64,000 nt of DNA. It comes from a virus. Lineage: Duplodnaviria > Caudoviricetes. The position numbers and the translations under genes are program-made. The notes beneath the pieces were generated by a model. It ran no database searches. It had not been told where the DNA came from and saw nothing but the letters and a program-made list of their open reading frames with translations. The stretch spans positions 693-64,692 of the IMG/VR virus record IMGVR_UViG_3300024243_000016. One strand, written 5' to 3'. Shown here in pieces: positions 29,873-41,400 of this stretch. The first letter of the stretch is position 1, and every line of letters begins with the position of its first letter.

Positions 29873-32575
29873 TTATTTAATAATTGAACCAAAGTTATTA
29901 TCAAGCATAAATGGCCTCATTCTATATTCAAATTTCCTATTTATGTTATTAATGCCAACATCTATAACAAACTTTTCATCTATACTTTTTCCAACGTACT
30001 GCCATGGCATACTAGTTCCAGACTCTCTTTGCTCTAAAACATAAAAATCAACATTATCATCATCAATAACGCTTTCTAATGAAATTTCATATAGATAGGC
30101 AATCTTTCTTATCAACAATGAGCCATATTTAAGCTTTATAATCCTTTTTGCAGGCAACTCTATGTCTAACTCATTAACAACATTTTCATCTAAAACATTC
30201 AATGCAATATTATCAATATTCGGTATCTCACTTCTATCTATCATATATTTTTTCTTTCTCTCATCAGTATCAATAAATTCATTTAAATTGACAACAGATG
30301 TACTCACCCTTACCTTATAATTAGTATTGTCAACATTGATATTCCCTAATTTCTTAATCCTGGAAAAATCAATTTTATTTCCCATAACAAAATTAGAGTT
30401 AAAAACTTCACCATTATCCTTATTAACCAACTCTACTTTATATGCTGGTAATTTTTTAGATAATGACTCCTTTATATCTGCACGCTCCAACTCTTCTGCG
30501 AACGATTTAACAACAACTTCGTCTGACTTTTGTTTATTCTTTAAGGAGTCAATTAATATAGCAGCCACGCCCTCGTCATCAAATGCTGAGTCATCAATCT
30601 TTGTGTCAACATTAATTTTAATATCATTTTTATTGCCCACTTTAACATCAGCCCTTACATCATATATTTTACCATCTTGATCAGTCCTAACATTTCTTCT
30701 ATATTGTATAGTTGAAAAATTACCACTATCCTCAAAGGCATTATGGAACCTATCAAAAACCTTAACCGAATATTCATATATATTATATTCAGTTAAATTG
30801 TTGTCAACAAAACTTACCTTCCCACTCTTTGATATGTTTTTCGCACTACCGCATTCATTAAATTTATTTTCGAACCTAGATACGTTACGTCTTAATAGAT
30901 TTGCAAACTCAAATTCACCAGCTATGCCTTCAATATCAACATTTATTTTATTACCGTTCTCCTTGACAAATATATTTGGCTTACTCTGCACCAACCCCCT
31001 CTTATATTTAGAACCAAAGTCACCATTAGATGTTTTTGCAACCATATCATAAAAATCATATGACTCAACGCCATTTAAAACAGTAATAAACCTATATTCA
31101 AATATATCACCGCTATAATTGTATTTCTTATCAACAAAATTAACAAACTTAGATTTGCTCAAATCCTTTTCAACACTAACATTACTAACAAAATCCATTT
31201 TTGTTTTCATCTTTTTATTATTAAAGCCTAATCTTCTTTTATAGATCTTAATAAAGTCACACTTTACACCATCTATTGAAATATTTATACTTAAATTACC
31301 AAAGCTAGTAACAACACTACTAGCATGACTTACTGGCTTAGGTGGAACACCTAAATCTGATAGGTTCACTACATTATTAGGCACGCTCGATCTATCATCT
31401 TTATTATCACCAAAAACTTTTATATTGTTGCCAATGTTACTAATACTTATGTCTTTAGGCACAACAAATTTAATACTATTATTTTTACCAGCAACATACC
31501 TATTTTTACCAAACGTGTTCGATGATGCAACCCTATATTCACCAAAATCAATACCGTATTTATTAGAATCATAATCATTAAAAACATAATTGCCGTTTTT
31601 GTTAACATTGCTAACCGATCTTAAGGCTTTTTTATCTAAATTACCAACAAGAAGATCATAAACATCACAAACAACATCATTACTAAAAATATTAGATATA
31701 GACTTGCCATTAAGTAACATGTGAAAATATGCCTCATTAAAACTCTTAAAGAATCTATCGCCAAGATAAACAGAATTACTTCTAAGCTTTAAGTCATCGG
31801 CATAACTATCTACACGCAAATAATTATCATTAATTGAAACGTTTTCATTTGATGTGTTAGATCTGTTTTTATCTAACAAAACATTATTATAATCAGAATA
31901 ATTTAAAATTGGCAAAAACTTTTTATTAGAAGCAGCAATGTTAACATCACTTTTAATTACCCTCAACTTATCAACATTGTTCTTAATATATCTATTAGAC
32001 AAATCAACATTAGTAATATTGTTAGCTACCCTATCCTTTGGCGATTGCGCTTTATTACTAAGTCTGCCAGCTTCATGCTCGTAAACATTAATATTGTTAG
32101 ACAAAAACTCATTATTAACTAAGCCATATAAACCAATAGAGCCAAAGTTAGAAGAAATATTATTGTTATATTTTAAAACATTTAACAAGTTATTAACAAC
32201 AGTAAAGTTTTTAGAAATTGTGTTAACATGTGCTCTATAAGAATCTAAGTCTTTGAAACCAAACTTATCCTTATAAACAAACTTATATAATTTATCATAA
32301 AGAGAATCATTATTATCATCAAACAACCCAAAGAATAGCTCTGAGATGCCATTTATATAATCCATAACATAGCTCTCAGGCAAAGAAACAAAGACATTGA
32401 ATACATTTTGCTCACCATTGCTTTCTTGCTCATTCAACTCTATTGCTAAATCAATAGGCTCAACCTTACTTTTAACATCTATATAATTAAAAATATTTTT
32501 ATTATCAATACCTTTATTTTTATAAAGTCCAGAATTATTACTATTTAAAAATTTTCTATTTTTATTTTTAGCCAT
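29873..32575 (-). CDS. Large hypothetical protein with FN3/Ig-like repeats
   Basis: Repeated FVD...YEY[RS] motifs (FVDKKY..FEYRF, FVDNNL..YEYSV, FVID..FEYRM). Confidence 0.55.
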   Translation of the reverse strand: MAKNKNRKFLNSNNSGLYKNKGIDNKNIFNYIDVKSKVEPIDLAIELNEQESNGEQNVFNVFVSLPESYVMDYINGISELFFGLFDDNNDSLYDKLYKFVYKDKFGFKDLDSYRAHVNTISKNFTVVNNLLNVLKYNNNISSNFGSIGLYGLVNNEFLSNNINVYEHEAGRLSNKAQSPKDRVANNITNVDLSNRYIKNNVDKLRVIKSDVNIAASNKKFLPILNYSDYNNVLLDKNRSNTSNENVSINDNYLRVDSYADDLKLRSNSVYLGDRFFKSFNEAYFHMLLNGKSISNIFSNDVVCDVYDLLVGNLDKKALRSVSNVNKNGNYVFNDYDSNKYGIDFGEYRVASSNTFGKNRYVAGKNNSIKFVVPKDISISNIGNNIKVFGDNKDDRSSVPNNVVNLSDLGVPPKPVSHASSVVTSFGNLSINISIDGVKCDFIKIYKRRLGFNNKKMKTKMDFVSNVSVEKDLSKSKFVNFVDKKYNYSGDIFEYRFITVLNGVESYDFYDMVAKTSNGDFGSKYKRGLVQSKPNIFVKENGNKINVDIEGIAGEFEFANLLRRNVSRFENKFNECGSAKNISKSGKVSFVDNNLTEYNIYEYSVKVFDRFHNAFEDSGNFSTIQYRRNVRTDQDGKIYDVRADVKVGNKNDIKINVDTKIDDSAFDDEGVAAILIDSLKNKQKSDEVVVKSFAEELERADIKESLSKKLPAYKVELVNKDNGEVFNSNFVMGNKIDFSRIKKLGNINVDNTNYKVRVSTSVVNLNEFIDTDERKKKYMIDRSEIPNIDNIALNVLDENVVNELDIELPAKRIIKLKYGSLLIRKIAYLYEISLESVIDDDNVDFYVLEQRESGTSMPWQYVGKSIDEKFVIDVGINNINRKFEYRMRPFMLDNNFGSIIK

Positions 32576-33607
32576 TTAAAAAAATTCCACAATAAAATAC
32601 TTAATAAACTTAATCAATGCGCCTGGGGCATCAAAGCCTGGAGAGTCAATGTAAACATCATTACCATTATAATAATAGTCTAAAAGCCCAACATAATCAT
32701 TATAATTACTTTCTTTAGAAACACTATCTATGTCTGCATCTACAATAAATTTACCAACAACATAAACACCATTACCAACATTAACAAAATCCAGTTTATC
32801 AATATTAGAAACTGTAGAGATATCAGAATCAGAAGCTTGTTTATTCCTAAAGAAACTTATAATACAATTATTGTTCTCACTGGTGTTCTCAAAATTAACA
32901 ACCTTTGGTGTATTATTGTCAAAAATATTATAAAAACTTTGCTCACTCTTTTTGTCTTCAAAACTACTATAACCAGAATCAGAATAATCAATGCCCAAGG
33001 GAGGTAAAAAAGCATAGTTGTTAAACACGCCATTAAAAGAATATAAGTCTGACGCCATAATATAGTTAATAGAAGCTTTATCGCTCAAAGAATCATAATC
33101 AACATTCTTACCAATGTCAAAAACAGCATCATCAAAATTAAACTCTAATAAATCTGATGACAAAACTAAGCTTTTATTTCTATCCTTTAACTGTTCAGTC
33201 AGTAAATTAAAATGACCCTTTAGTTTGTTATACACACTAGAAACAACAAAGCTATCATCAATACAACTTGATAAACTAGATGAATTAACATTGTAAAAAT
33301 CAAAACCCTTCTTAATAGCATTGTCAACAGAGGAACTGTTTAACATTACAAAGCCGAAATCACCATCCCAATCAACAAATTTACCACCTCCATCAATAAT
33401 CTCTGAAGCCATTCCTAATGATTCAAAAACAGGAACATTATCAAACAACTCTTTATAATAAAATGCAAACTTATCTGAAACCCCAACGCAAACTTCATTG
33501 TTATCCACGCCGAAAGCAATCTTCAGTGCCTCGCTTTTGTTCTTAGAATCATTACAAGTAGTATTGTAATCTAAAACTCTCTCTTTTTTATTTAAAATTC
33601 CAGTCAT
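32576..33607 (-). CDS. Hypothetical structural-block protein
   Basis: 343 aa. N-terminus MTGILNKKERVLD and PVFES weakly echo the 240-aa protein. Confidence 0.55.
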   Translation of the reverse strand: MTGILNKKERVLDYNTTCNDSKNKSEALKIAFGVDNNEVCVGVSDKFAFYYKELFDNVPVFESLGMASEIIDGGGKFVDWDGDFGFVMLNSSSVDNAIKKGFDFYNVNSSSLSSCIDDSFVVSSVYNKLKGHFNLLTEQLKDRNKSLVLSSDLLEFNFDDAVFDIGKNVDYDSLSDKASINYIMASDLYSFNGVFNNYAFLPPLGIDYSDSGYSSFEDKKSEQSFYNIFDNNTPKVVNFENTSENNNCIISFFRNKQASDSDISTVSNIDKLDFVNVGNGVYVVGKFIVDADIDSVSKESNYNDYVGLLDYYYNGNDVYIDSPGFDAPGALIKFIKYFIVEFF

Positions 33608-33641
33608 GTTAATAAATATTAAAAGCCCTTACTTTTTTTTC

Positions 33642-36600
33642 TTATTTGTCGATTATGTCAAAATAAGGAGAACTTGCTGTCTGCTCAAAACTAATATTGC
33701 CTGTTTGTACATACACAATGTACTCTTTGTCATTTTGCCAAGTTTTAGTAGTAATCCTTGGCTCTAAAATATGTCTAAATTGACCATAGCTAAATGGATA
33801 AAATACAATCCTCTCCCTATTTTGATAATAAAGACTAGACGAAATATTATGAACATCATTAGCCAATTCAAAAACATTGTTGCCAGCACGTTTGCTATCA
33901 ATAAGTACATTACTATAATCATACAAAACATAATTAAAATCACCACTAGCACTATTTAACATGTATGGTGCATCAATAGATGACGGATAATCAGGACAAC
34001 TATAATCATCACTTAAATATGTATTACCCAAATCATGATAAAACTTTTGATTTACCTTTCTAATATAATCCTCGTCACCATAACCATTAGAAGTTTTCTC
34101 ATATTGTTTTAACTTAAACTTTCTTAAGAAAACATTGCCGAACAATTGATCAGAATTTTTATAACCAACAACAAAGCTGCCCGTTTTATCGTAAAGTAAG
34201 CTTGCACTTAAATGCTGTCCTTTTGTAGAACTAACATCACCATTAAGCCCTGGCGTATAAGCACCATTGTCAATAATTGCTTTTGCAAACGAAGCATTAA
34301 TCACAGGAATGTTAACAAAGGCATCAGTTTTTACAAAAACATCGCCTGCGCCTCTAGATGGATATACATGCCCATTAGAGCTAGTAACATAATTTAAATT
34401 ACTAGAAGCAGTAGCTATAATTCTTGCTGATCCAGCCCATGTATTAATTTGACTAGCAACCATTGGGCTTTCTGCCACCCAATCAAACTGCTTAGCTAAC
34501 GACAAATCAGCAAAAGAGTTTTCAATAACTCGCCTAGTTATGCTGCCAGTAACACCGCTAGAAATATTATCATGATATTTAGTTTTAAAATACCCTTTAG
34601 TGCCTATAGCTGCATCATAATTAGGCTCACCAGATTCCACTATTTTATTCTCAACGCCATATTCGGACACAACACTAGAAGTTAACTGATATCCTATTTG
34701 AGCTTTATTAATAAGCCACGGTGCTCTATTATTAATATTCCAATCCCTACCAACGCCAGTTCCTATTGGATCACTATCTAAAGGTGTCATAGACATAGTG
34801 TTAGCATTATACAATCTTTTGTCAGTCAAGCTAGATCTAACAGATATATCACCAAACGAATTGGTCAACAAGTTTGCATAAGTTGACTGAGGCATAACGC
34901 ATGACGCATTATCTTCTAAGGCTGACGATACTGAGCCGCTATCTTGTACAAAAACAAAGTTAGACTTCTCATTTCTAAAATAAATACAATTTTTGTCATC
35001 AGTCAACAATTCGCTAGCAGCATCCCTACTTTCACTCATCAACAACAAATTAACTGGCTTACTATTAAAATCATTAATACCATCTAGAGAAAACCTGTTA
35101 AACAAACTAGAGTCTTCAGGGCCACTTCTATCAAACGAATAAGTTACTGCATTTATGACAGATGACGCAGTAACATAAGATTTTGGATATTGTAAATATA
35201 CACTATAAAACATATTAGAATATTCATCTGGCGGTATTCTTTTATAAAAAGTTAAGTTATAATAATCGCTAATATCATGAGTAATAACACTAAAGAAATC
35301 CTCATTATTAGCATTTGCGACATCAACCAATTGATCTATTTCCGCATCTGTAAGCCCATAAAATTTAGTATATTGATATATTGTAAACTCATCATCATTC
35401 CATGTAGGATAATCATTTGAAGATAAATCCAGTATAGTATCGTAAAAATTACTATTATGCAACACGCCTTCGTTAACTATATAATTCTTAAACCCATAAA
35501 AACCCTCTAAACCAACACCAAAGAAATTTCTATTATTAGTATTATCATCACTAATTTCACACAAAGCATCATTAGCCGGATCATACTCATATTTAGTCTT
35601 AGCATACGACTCAATATCATCACCAGGATCAAACTCCCATGTTGACCCTCCCATAAAATGTCTCATACTAGAGTTCTGCCACCGAACCGATCCCATGGTC
35701 AACAAATCGTCTTTAGAATCAAATAAATTCTTGTCTTCCCTGTATGGCCTGATGCCAGGAACAATAGCCGCATTTGGAAAATTATCTGTATTTCCAAAAT
35801 TATCAGAAAGCCCACTAGTCCTACCCCTAACTGTATCATACACAAAAGCATTGTTAATAGCAGGACCATCAACGCTAGCCGTAATCCCAAGCACAAATAT
35901 TTCAATTGTCCCTCTAGTAGCTACAGAATAATTAAGCAACGATGTTCTAAATGGTGAAGGGCTATTATCAAAATTTGACTTATCGACCAAGTTATTATAT
36001 AAGTTTTTATAACCTATATTGTTTGTTCGCCTATCTAGGCTATTCTTTAAGAAATTATTATCAGAAAACACATCATCAAAATCAAACCTTACTGATGATG
36101 TGTTATAATCCAATAAACTAACATCTCTAACTATATCGCTACTAGATGTTAATAAGATAGCTTCTACTTTAATTGAAGCTGTTGATAAATTAAATTCAGA
36201 AAAATTGTCATACACAACTGAAGAAATTCGCCTATAGTAACCATAAGAATCTACATCATAACTAGATGAATGTCCAAAAGACCAAATATAATTACTGTTT
36301 TGATCTAAGCCCGTAGGAACCTGACCAAAATAACCATCGGGCAAATCTACATTGGCTAACCTACCAGCCGCATTGTATATAAATTCTGGCTGACTATAAT
36401 ATGGACCAAAAGACTTAGATGCAGCTACAACACCACTGCTACAGCTATAAAAGTCTATAGACATAGTAAATGTATATGCAGATAACGCACCAACATTGAT
36501 CTTACCAGCATCACTTGGAGTTTTATGTCCCACATAAACATTGTCCAACGAAGATGTTAATGCAAGCCCAGAACCACTAATTGGGTTATAAGTCTGTTTA

Positions 36601-38432
36601 TGTACAACAGAATATTTTTGATTATTTCTAAACCAATAATCATTTATCTCACTCATGCTCTTAATAGATGGAAAAAGAGCATCACCACTAATAAGGTTAT
36701 CATTATATGCACCTGGAGCATTGAGAAATGATGATGTTGCTCTGATATTGCTAGAACCAGCAGTAAATGAAACGTTATGTGGTTGCCAATGAGATATTAC
36801 CTTCCCGCCTTCCGGGGCAGCAGCCCAGGCACTATTATATGTCGTATTATCGTTGTCCTTAGTAGCACCACCTAATGTGCCAGTTATATAATGTTCTGGA
36901 ACAAACATCCTTGGCAATTGTGTCCTATTAGGCTCAAATATTTCATTACCAACATTAGGCTCAATATTATGCATATCATATGGGCCAATAGGTACTCTAC
37001 TATAATCACCAAAAGCAAATGAACATGATGGAAACTTTACCATTTCATATGGTCTAACTGGCTGAAGTGGTGAACAACCAACCCTAACCTCATTAACAAT
37101 GGATGGTGTCAATGAAGAAGACACCAAAAACTTAATTGTCTTCAACGACTCAAAGAACTTATATATATTCCTCTCACACAACTCATCACCGACCACTTCA
37201 TTTATAGCTGTAGATATTAATTGCTGATTATCTGTAGTAGTTAAGGAGTCAACACCAACATCCCAAACAACACGATCAGCAGCAGACTTTTTATACCCAC
37301 AATGCTTAGTCTTATATCCAGTAGACCCATAAACACTAGTGTCAATATAGTTATTAACATTATCATAGTCTCTTATATCGTAAGAATACTTTCTCCTTAT
37401 TGGTGGTAATAAATTATAATCAGACTCAATTCTTTGCATAGAATCAAATGGGGAATTTCTATATGTCCATTCTTGTTTTCCGGCATCATTAGAAATAATA
37501 TTACAATCTCCACGATCCCTACTTTTAGATGAAACAAAGTGCCAATTATACTTCTGATGCAATATTTCTAACTCATCTAAACCAATTAAATTATAGTCAT
37601 TCCCCACAGTATACATTTTCACACTATTAAATGGAGATGACGAAGTTTTTGATAATAATATTTTTTGTGCCCTAGTTTTATTGAAAGTTCTAGTACCCAA
37701 AGAAGAACTTTCTTGCATCATGGCATTACCTATAATTGGGTATATTGTTGATGATGTATATATATAATTTTTATATCCATCGTTAAAAAACCCAACTAGC
37801 TCAGCCTCACCACCAGGAACATATTCCTCAAAAATATGTCCATATTTATTAATAGACGCTGTACCATAATAATATGCATCCTTATAAAAACCACGTTCCT
37901 TGGCCTCCATAGTTCTATTAGAGTCTACATGTGTATATACAATATCGTCACCATCAGACAAACCTAACATGCCTTCGCCCTTGGTGCCTCTAGCAAAAAA
38001 TGGGAAACCTATATAATCATCGTATCTTATAGGGTATGTCTCTATAATTGAATTATTTTCAAGACTAAACCTATTATAAAAATACTTATTAGAGCTAGTT
38101 ATTACACCATATTGATCATCATCTCTAAAAACGTTGAAAGTATCTGCATCATAACTAATTGAATCTACAATATCATCTTGACCAAGAAAAACACAACCAT
38201 CATATAAATCATCATCATAAATCTTATTATATAGTTTACCTGAGAACTCTTCATTGAAAAACCCATACGAACCAGAATAGTTTTTTGAGGAATGGTAAAA
38301 TTTTTGTGTTGGCGCATTTATTGCTGGTCCTGAGAACCCGCTATTTCCCACCATTCTTTTATCTGAATATATACCATCTTGAGCCTTTTGAGACTTTATA
38401 ATAATTGTACCACTTGCAACATTTATAGCCAT
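33642..38432 (-). CDS. Very large putative virion protein (1596 aa), Ser/Thr-motif rich
   Basis: Located in the baseplate block. Rich in Ser, Asn, Tyr and Gly with many TSS/TAS/SGS/TGS motifs. Confidence 0.6.
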   Translation of the reverse strand: MAINVASGTIIIKSQKAQDGIYSDKRMVGNSGFSGPAINAPTQKFYHSSKNYSGSYGFFNEEFSGKLYNKIYDDDLYDGCVFLGQDDIVDSISYDADTFNVFRDDDQYGVITSSNKYFYNRFSLENNSIIETYPIRYDDYIGFPFFARGTKGEGMLGLSDGDDIVYTHVDSNRTMEAKERGFYKDAYYYGTASINKYGHIFEEYVPGGEAELVGFFNDGYKNYIYTSSTIYPIIGNAMMQESSSLGTRTFNKTRAQKILLSKTSSSPFNSVKMYTVGNDYNLIGLDELEILHQKYNWHFVSSKSRDRGDCNIISNDAGKQEWTYRNSPFDSMQRIESDYNLLPPIRRKYSYDIRDYDNVNNYIDTSVYGSTGYKTKHCGYKKSAADRVVWDVGVDSLTTTDNQQLISTAINEVVGDELCERNIYKFFESLKTIKFLVSSSLTPSIVNEVRVGCSPLQPVRPYEMVKFPSCSFAFGDYSRVPIGPYDMHNIEPNVGNEIFEPNRTQLPRMFVPEHYITGTLGGATKDNDNTTYNSAWAAAPEGGKVISHWQPHNVSFTAGSSNIRATSSFLNAPGAYNDNLISGDALFPSIKSMSEINDYWFRNNQKYSVVHKQTYNPISGSGLALTSSLDNVYVGHKTPSDAGKINVGALSAYTFTMSIDFYSCSSGVVAASKSFGPYYSQPEFIYNAAGRLANVDLPDGYFGQVPTGLDQNSNYIWSFGHSSSYDVDSYGYYRRISSVVYDNFSEFNLSTASIKVEAILLTSSSDIVRDVSLLDYNTSSVRFDFDDVFSDNNFLKNSLDRRTNNIGYKNLYNNLVDKSNFDNSPSPFRTSLLNYSVATRGTIEIFVLGITASVDGPAINNAFVYDTVRGRTSGLSDNFGNTDNFPNAAIVPGIRPYREDKNLFDSKDDLLTMGSVRWQNSSMRHFMGGSTWEFDPGDDIESYAKTKYEYDPANDALCEISDDNTNNRNFFGVGLEGFYGFKNYIVNEGVLHNSNFYDTILDLSSNDYPTWNDDEFTIYQYTKFYGLTDAEIDQLVDVANANNEDFFSVITHDISDYYNLTFYKRIPPDEYSNMFYSVYLQYPKSYVTASSVINAVTYSFDRSGPEDSSLFNRFSLDGINDFNSKPVNLLLMSESRDAASELLTDDKNCIYFRNEKSNFVFVQDSGSVSSALEDNASCVMPQSTYANLLTNSFGDISVRSSLTDKRLYNANTMSMTPLDSDPIGTGVGRDWNINNRAPWLINKAQIGYQLTSSVVSEYGVENKIVESGEPNYDAAIGTKGYFKTKYHDNISSGVTGSITRRVIENSFADLSLAKQFDWVAESPMVASQINTWAGSARIIATASSNLNYVTSSNGHVYPSRGAGDVFVKTDAFVNIPVINASFAKAIIDNGAYTPGLNGDVSSTKGQHLSASLLYDKTGSFVVGYKNSDQLFGNVFLRKFKLKQYEKTSNGYGDEDYIRKVNQKFYHDLGNTYLSDDYSCPDYPSSIDAPYMLNSASGDFNYVLYDYSNVLIDSKRAGNNVFELANDVHNISSSLYYQNRERIVFYPFSYGQFRHILEPRITTKTWQNDKEYIVYVQTGNISFEQTASSPYFDIIDK

Positions 38433-38457
38433 ATTATTACCTATCTAATTTAATTTG

Positions 38458-41400
38458 TTAATCAACAACATCAACATCAATATTACACTGAACAATATTA
38501 TTATCAATAATGTTTTTTTCTCCAACAGATAAACTGTCCTTGCCAACATATTGATAAAAATTCTTATAAAAATATTTATTTCTCTCCAGCATATGACTCT
38601 CTATAACAAAATTATTGCCAAGAAAGTTAGTCTTTGCTGGAATTAATTGCTTTGCAAATTTAAATATGTTTTGATCAAACCAAACAAAGAAGTCAAAAAA
38701 CCCTTTTATATTTATTTTACCTCTAAGTCTATTAAAGTAAGTCATTCTTAATGATTCTAAATTACAATAAGTGCTAGAAAACATATCATTATAACTACCA
38801 ACATAATTAGTCATGTCTTTTATTGTCGAAAAAATATTAACAATGTCATCATTTAACGCCCTTACTACAGAAAACTCAACAGAAAATCTATCATCAACAA
38901 TTCTCTCTGACATTAAATCAACTTCGTATACACTAGACTCATTAATGCTTACCTTATCGCCATTGGCTGGCTCATCCCAATAAGGTGAAATACTAGAATA
39001 AAAATAATCCTCATTCTTTATCACAGGTGTAGCCAACTCAAAACCCTGGCCATACATATAAGATTTATCCCACACAACTTCACTTTTAGAGCCAGTCCAT
39101 ATTACTTCATTATTAATACCAACAGGAAACTTATCTTGAGAATAATCTACTAAATTAATAATACCTCCAGCACTCGAACTAACAACATCCTGATCACAAG
39201 AAACATCTAACCTTAATCTAGCCCAGTCATCTGTGTAAGGATTGCTACTTAAAACATCTTTGTAAAAAGATGCACTAAAATTAAACTTATCAGGATTTTG
39301 CATACCTACTGACTTATAATTCTTTGTATGTTCTGAAAATTCCTCTTGTGATAAAGCTTTAGACCAAAACCTAATCTGCGAAACTTGCCCAGAAAACTCA
39401 GTAACCCTTGAAACTGCTAATGGAACATCAGTTGTGTTATTTAAGAACCCATAGTCAGATGACGATCCAGCATCCAAGCTTTGACTACCAATTACTATAA
39501 ACGAACCACTGTTGTTATATTCATCAACAATGTTTTCCAACACATTATATGTCTCAGAAGCCCCGACAACCTCCTTAAAAAATGATGATGTGAACTTACT
39601 ACTTAGTAAAGACCCAAAGTTGTTTTTATTTGCCATCAAAAAATAACTTGATTTTGTAACATGATTATCTGATTTGTTTCTCCCCCAACAAATATTCCAT
39701 TTTTCACCATCAAAAACATTAACACCAGTCAACTTCAGTTCTAATGTTGGTGATATTACAGAGTCATTATAACTTGAAGGTCTACCATATAAAGCTATAG
39801 ATGAAGATATGTTTTGCTTATATGAAGACGATAACGCCAACAAGTTAAATATAACCCCAGAATTAGATTTAGCAGATGATCCGGTAACATGCAATCTACA
39901 CATACTCTGTGTACTAGCATATTCAATATTAGCTGGAAACTTAACTATTTGTTCAACAGAAAACGATTGGCTAGTTAACAACGCATTGTTTTCGGAATTA
40001 TAAAACGAACTTGATAATGGAGAACTATATATTAAAGAATTACTAGCACTCATATCTAAAATGCCAGCAATCTCATATCTATCCTGCCTCTTATCTTCAA
40101 GATCAACAACGTAGTTAGTTCCACCATACTCAACAAACCTAAAGTTTGAATCTGGATTTATTCCAAACGCTCTTATGTAAGATTTAAGTGAATCAACTGT
40201 ACCTTTAGTTTTATATATATGTGGCAGCAAGTGAAACACCCTTTCCCACAACTTGTCTCTAACTGAGGTCATTGTTTCAAAAACCCATTGATCATCAATA
40301 GTCACACCGCTACCATCAAAAAACTGTGAGAAAGATGCATTATCAAAAAATCCTTGCAAATTAAACCCATAAAAATTAGCAACCTCTTTGGCGAAAATAT
40401 CTGGAGCTTGATCATAATCATCAAAGCCAAAATATAACATATTTACGAACTGATCAATATATATTTTTATCTCATCAAAATGTTTTGCCCATGTATATAA
40501 CAATCCAGCCAAAATATGAGAGCCAACAGTGCTATTCCTATTAAACCTTGAAGTTTCATATATGTCAGTTCCAAATGGAGCAGTTGATTCATCACCAAAC
40601 TCAAAATAACTAGCCTCCTCAAAATAATGTTCTGGCACCATCCTAGTTATAAGAGAAGGGTTAACGTTATCATAAACAGAAGCACTACTAAGTAACAATG
40701 TATTTAAGTCAACCAAACTGTCATAACTTGGAAACAATATAGGTGAATAATAATCATTTTCATAAGTCATATGAGAAAGCGTATTATCGCCACTAGCAGT
40801 ATTTTGCAGCCTTATGTTTTCATATGAAGATATAACACCATCATCAGAAGTTATTGCGCCGTGTAAAGAGTTTCCAGAATAATCTAAAACCAAGCTTTCT
40901 TTGGCAGTGCCATTTGGCTCATTAAATTTATAATACAACAACAACCCATCTTGAGCAAAAACATTTCTATCTTTATACTTTAATAACTCAGATATACTTT
41001 TGTCCCTGTTCCAAACCCTGACCTCATCAAGAGCACCATTATAATAACCAGACACGTCATCACCATCTACCCAAGACGAACCAGAACCAACATAAATATA
41101 ATCCATATCAAAATTAGAGCTTTCAATTGATGATATATAAAAGCTATCACTTACCACCTTAACATTTCCATCTACATATAATCTTAACTTATGCTCATCA
41201 GAACTTCTATCCCACTCAGCAAAAACATGATGCCAAGAGCCTGTTGGAAATTCACAAGAGGCTGACATTGTAACATTATCATAAGACTCATCCGTATTTT
41301 TTACTCTACTAGCAACCTTAAAGTATAAACTAGAAGAGTAATTGTTCTCAGTTGCCTCCGTACCACTTACTGCTAAAACTATACCATTGTTATAAGAATC

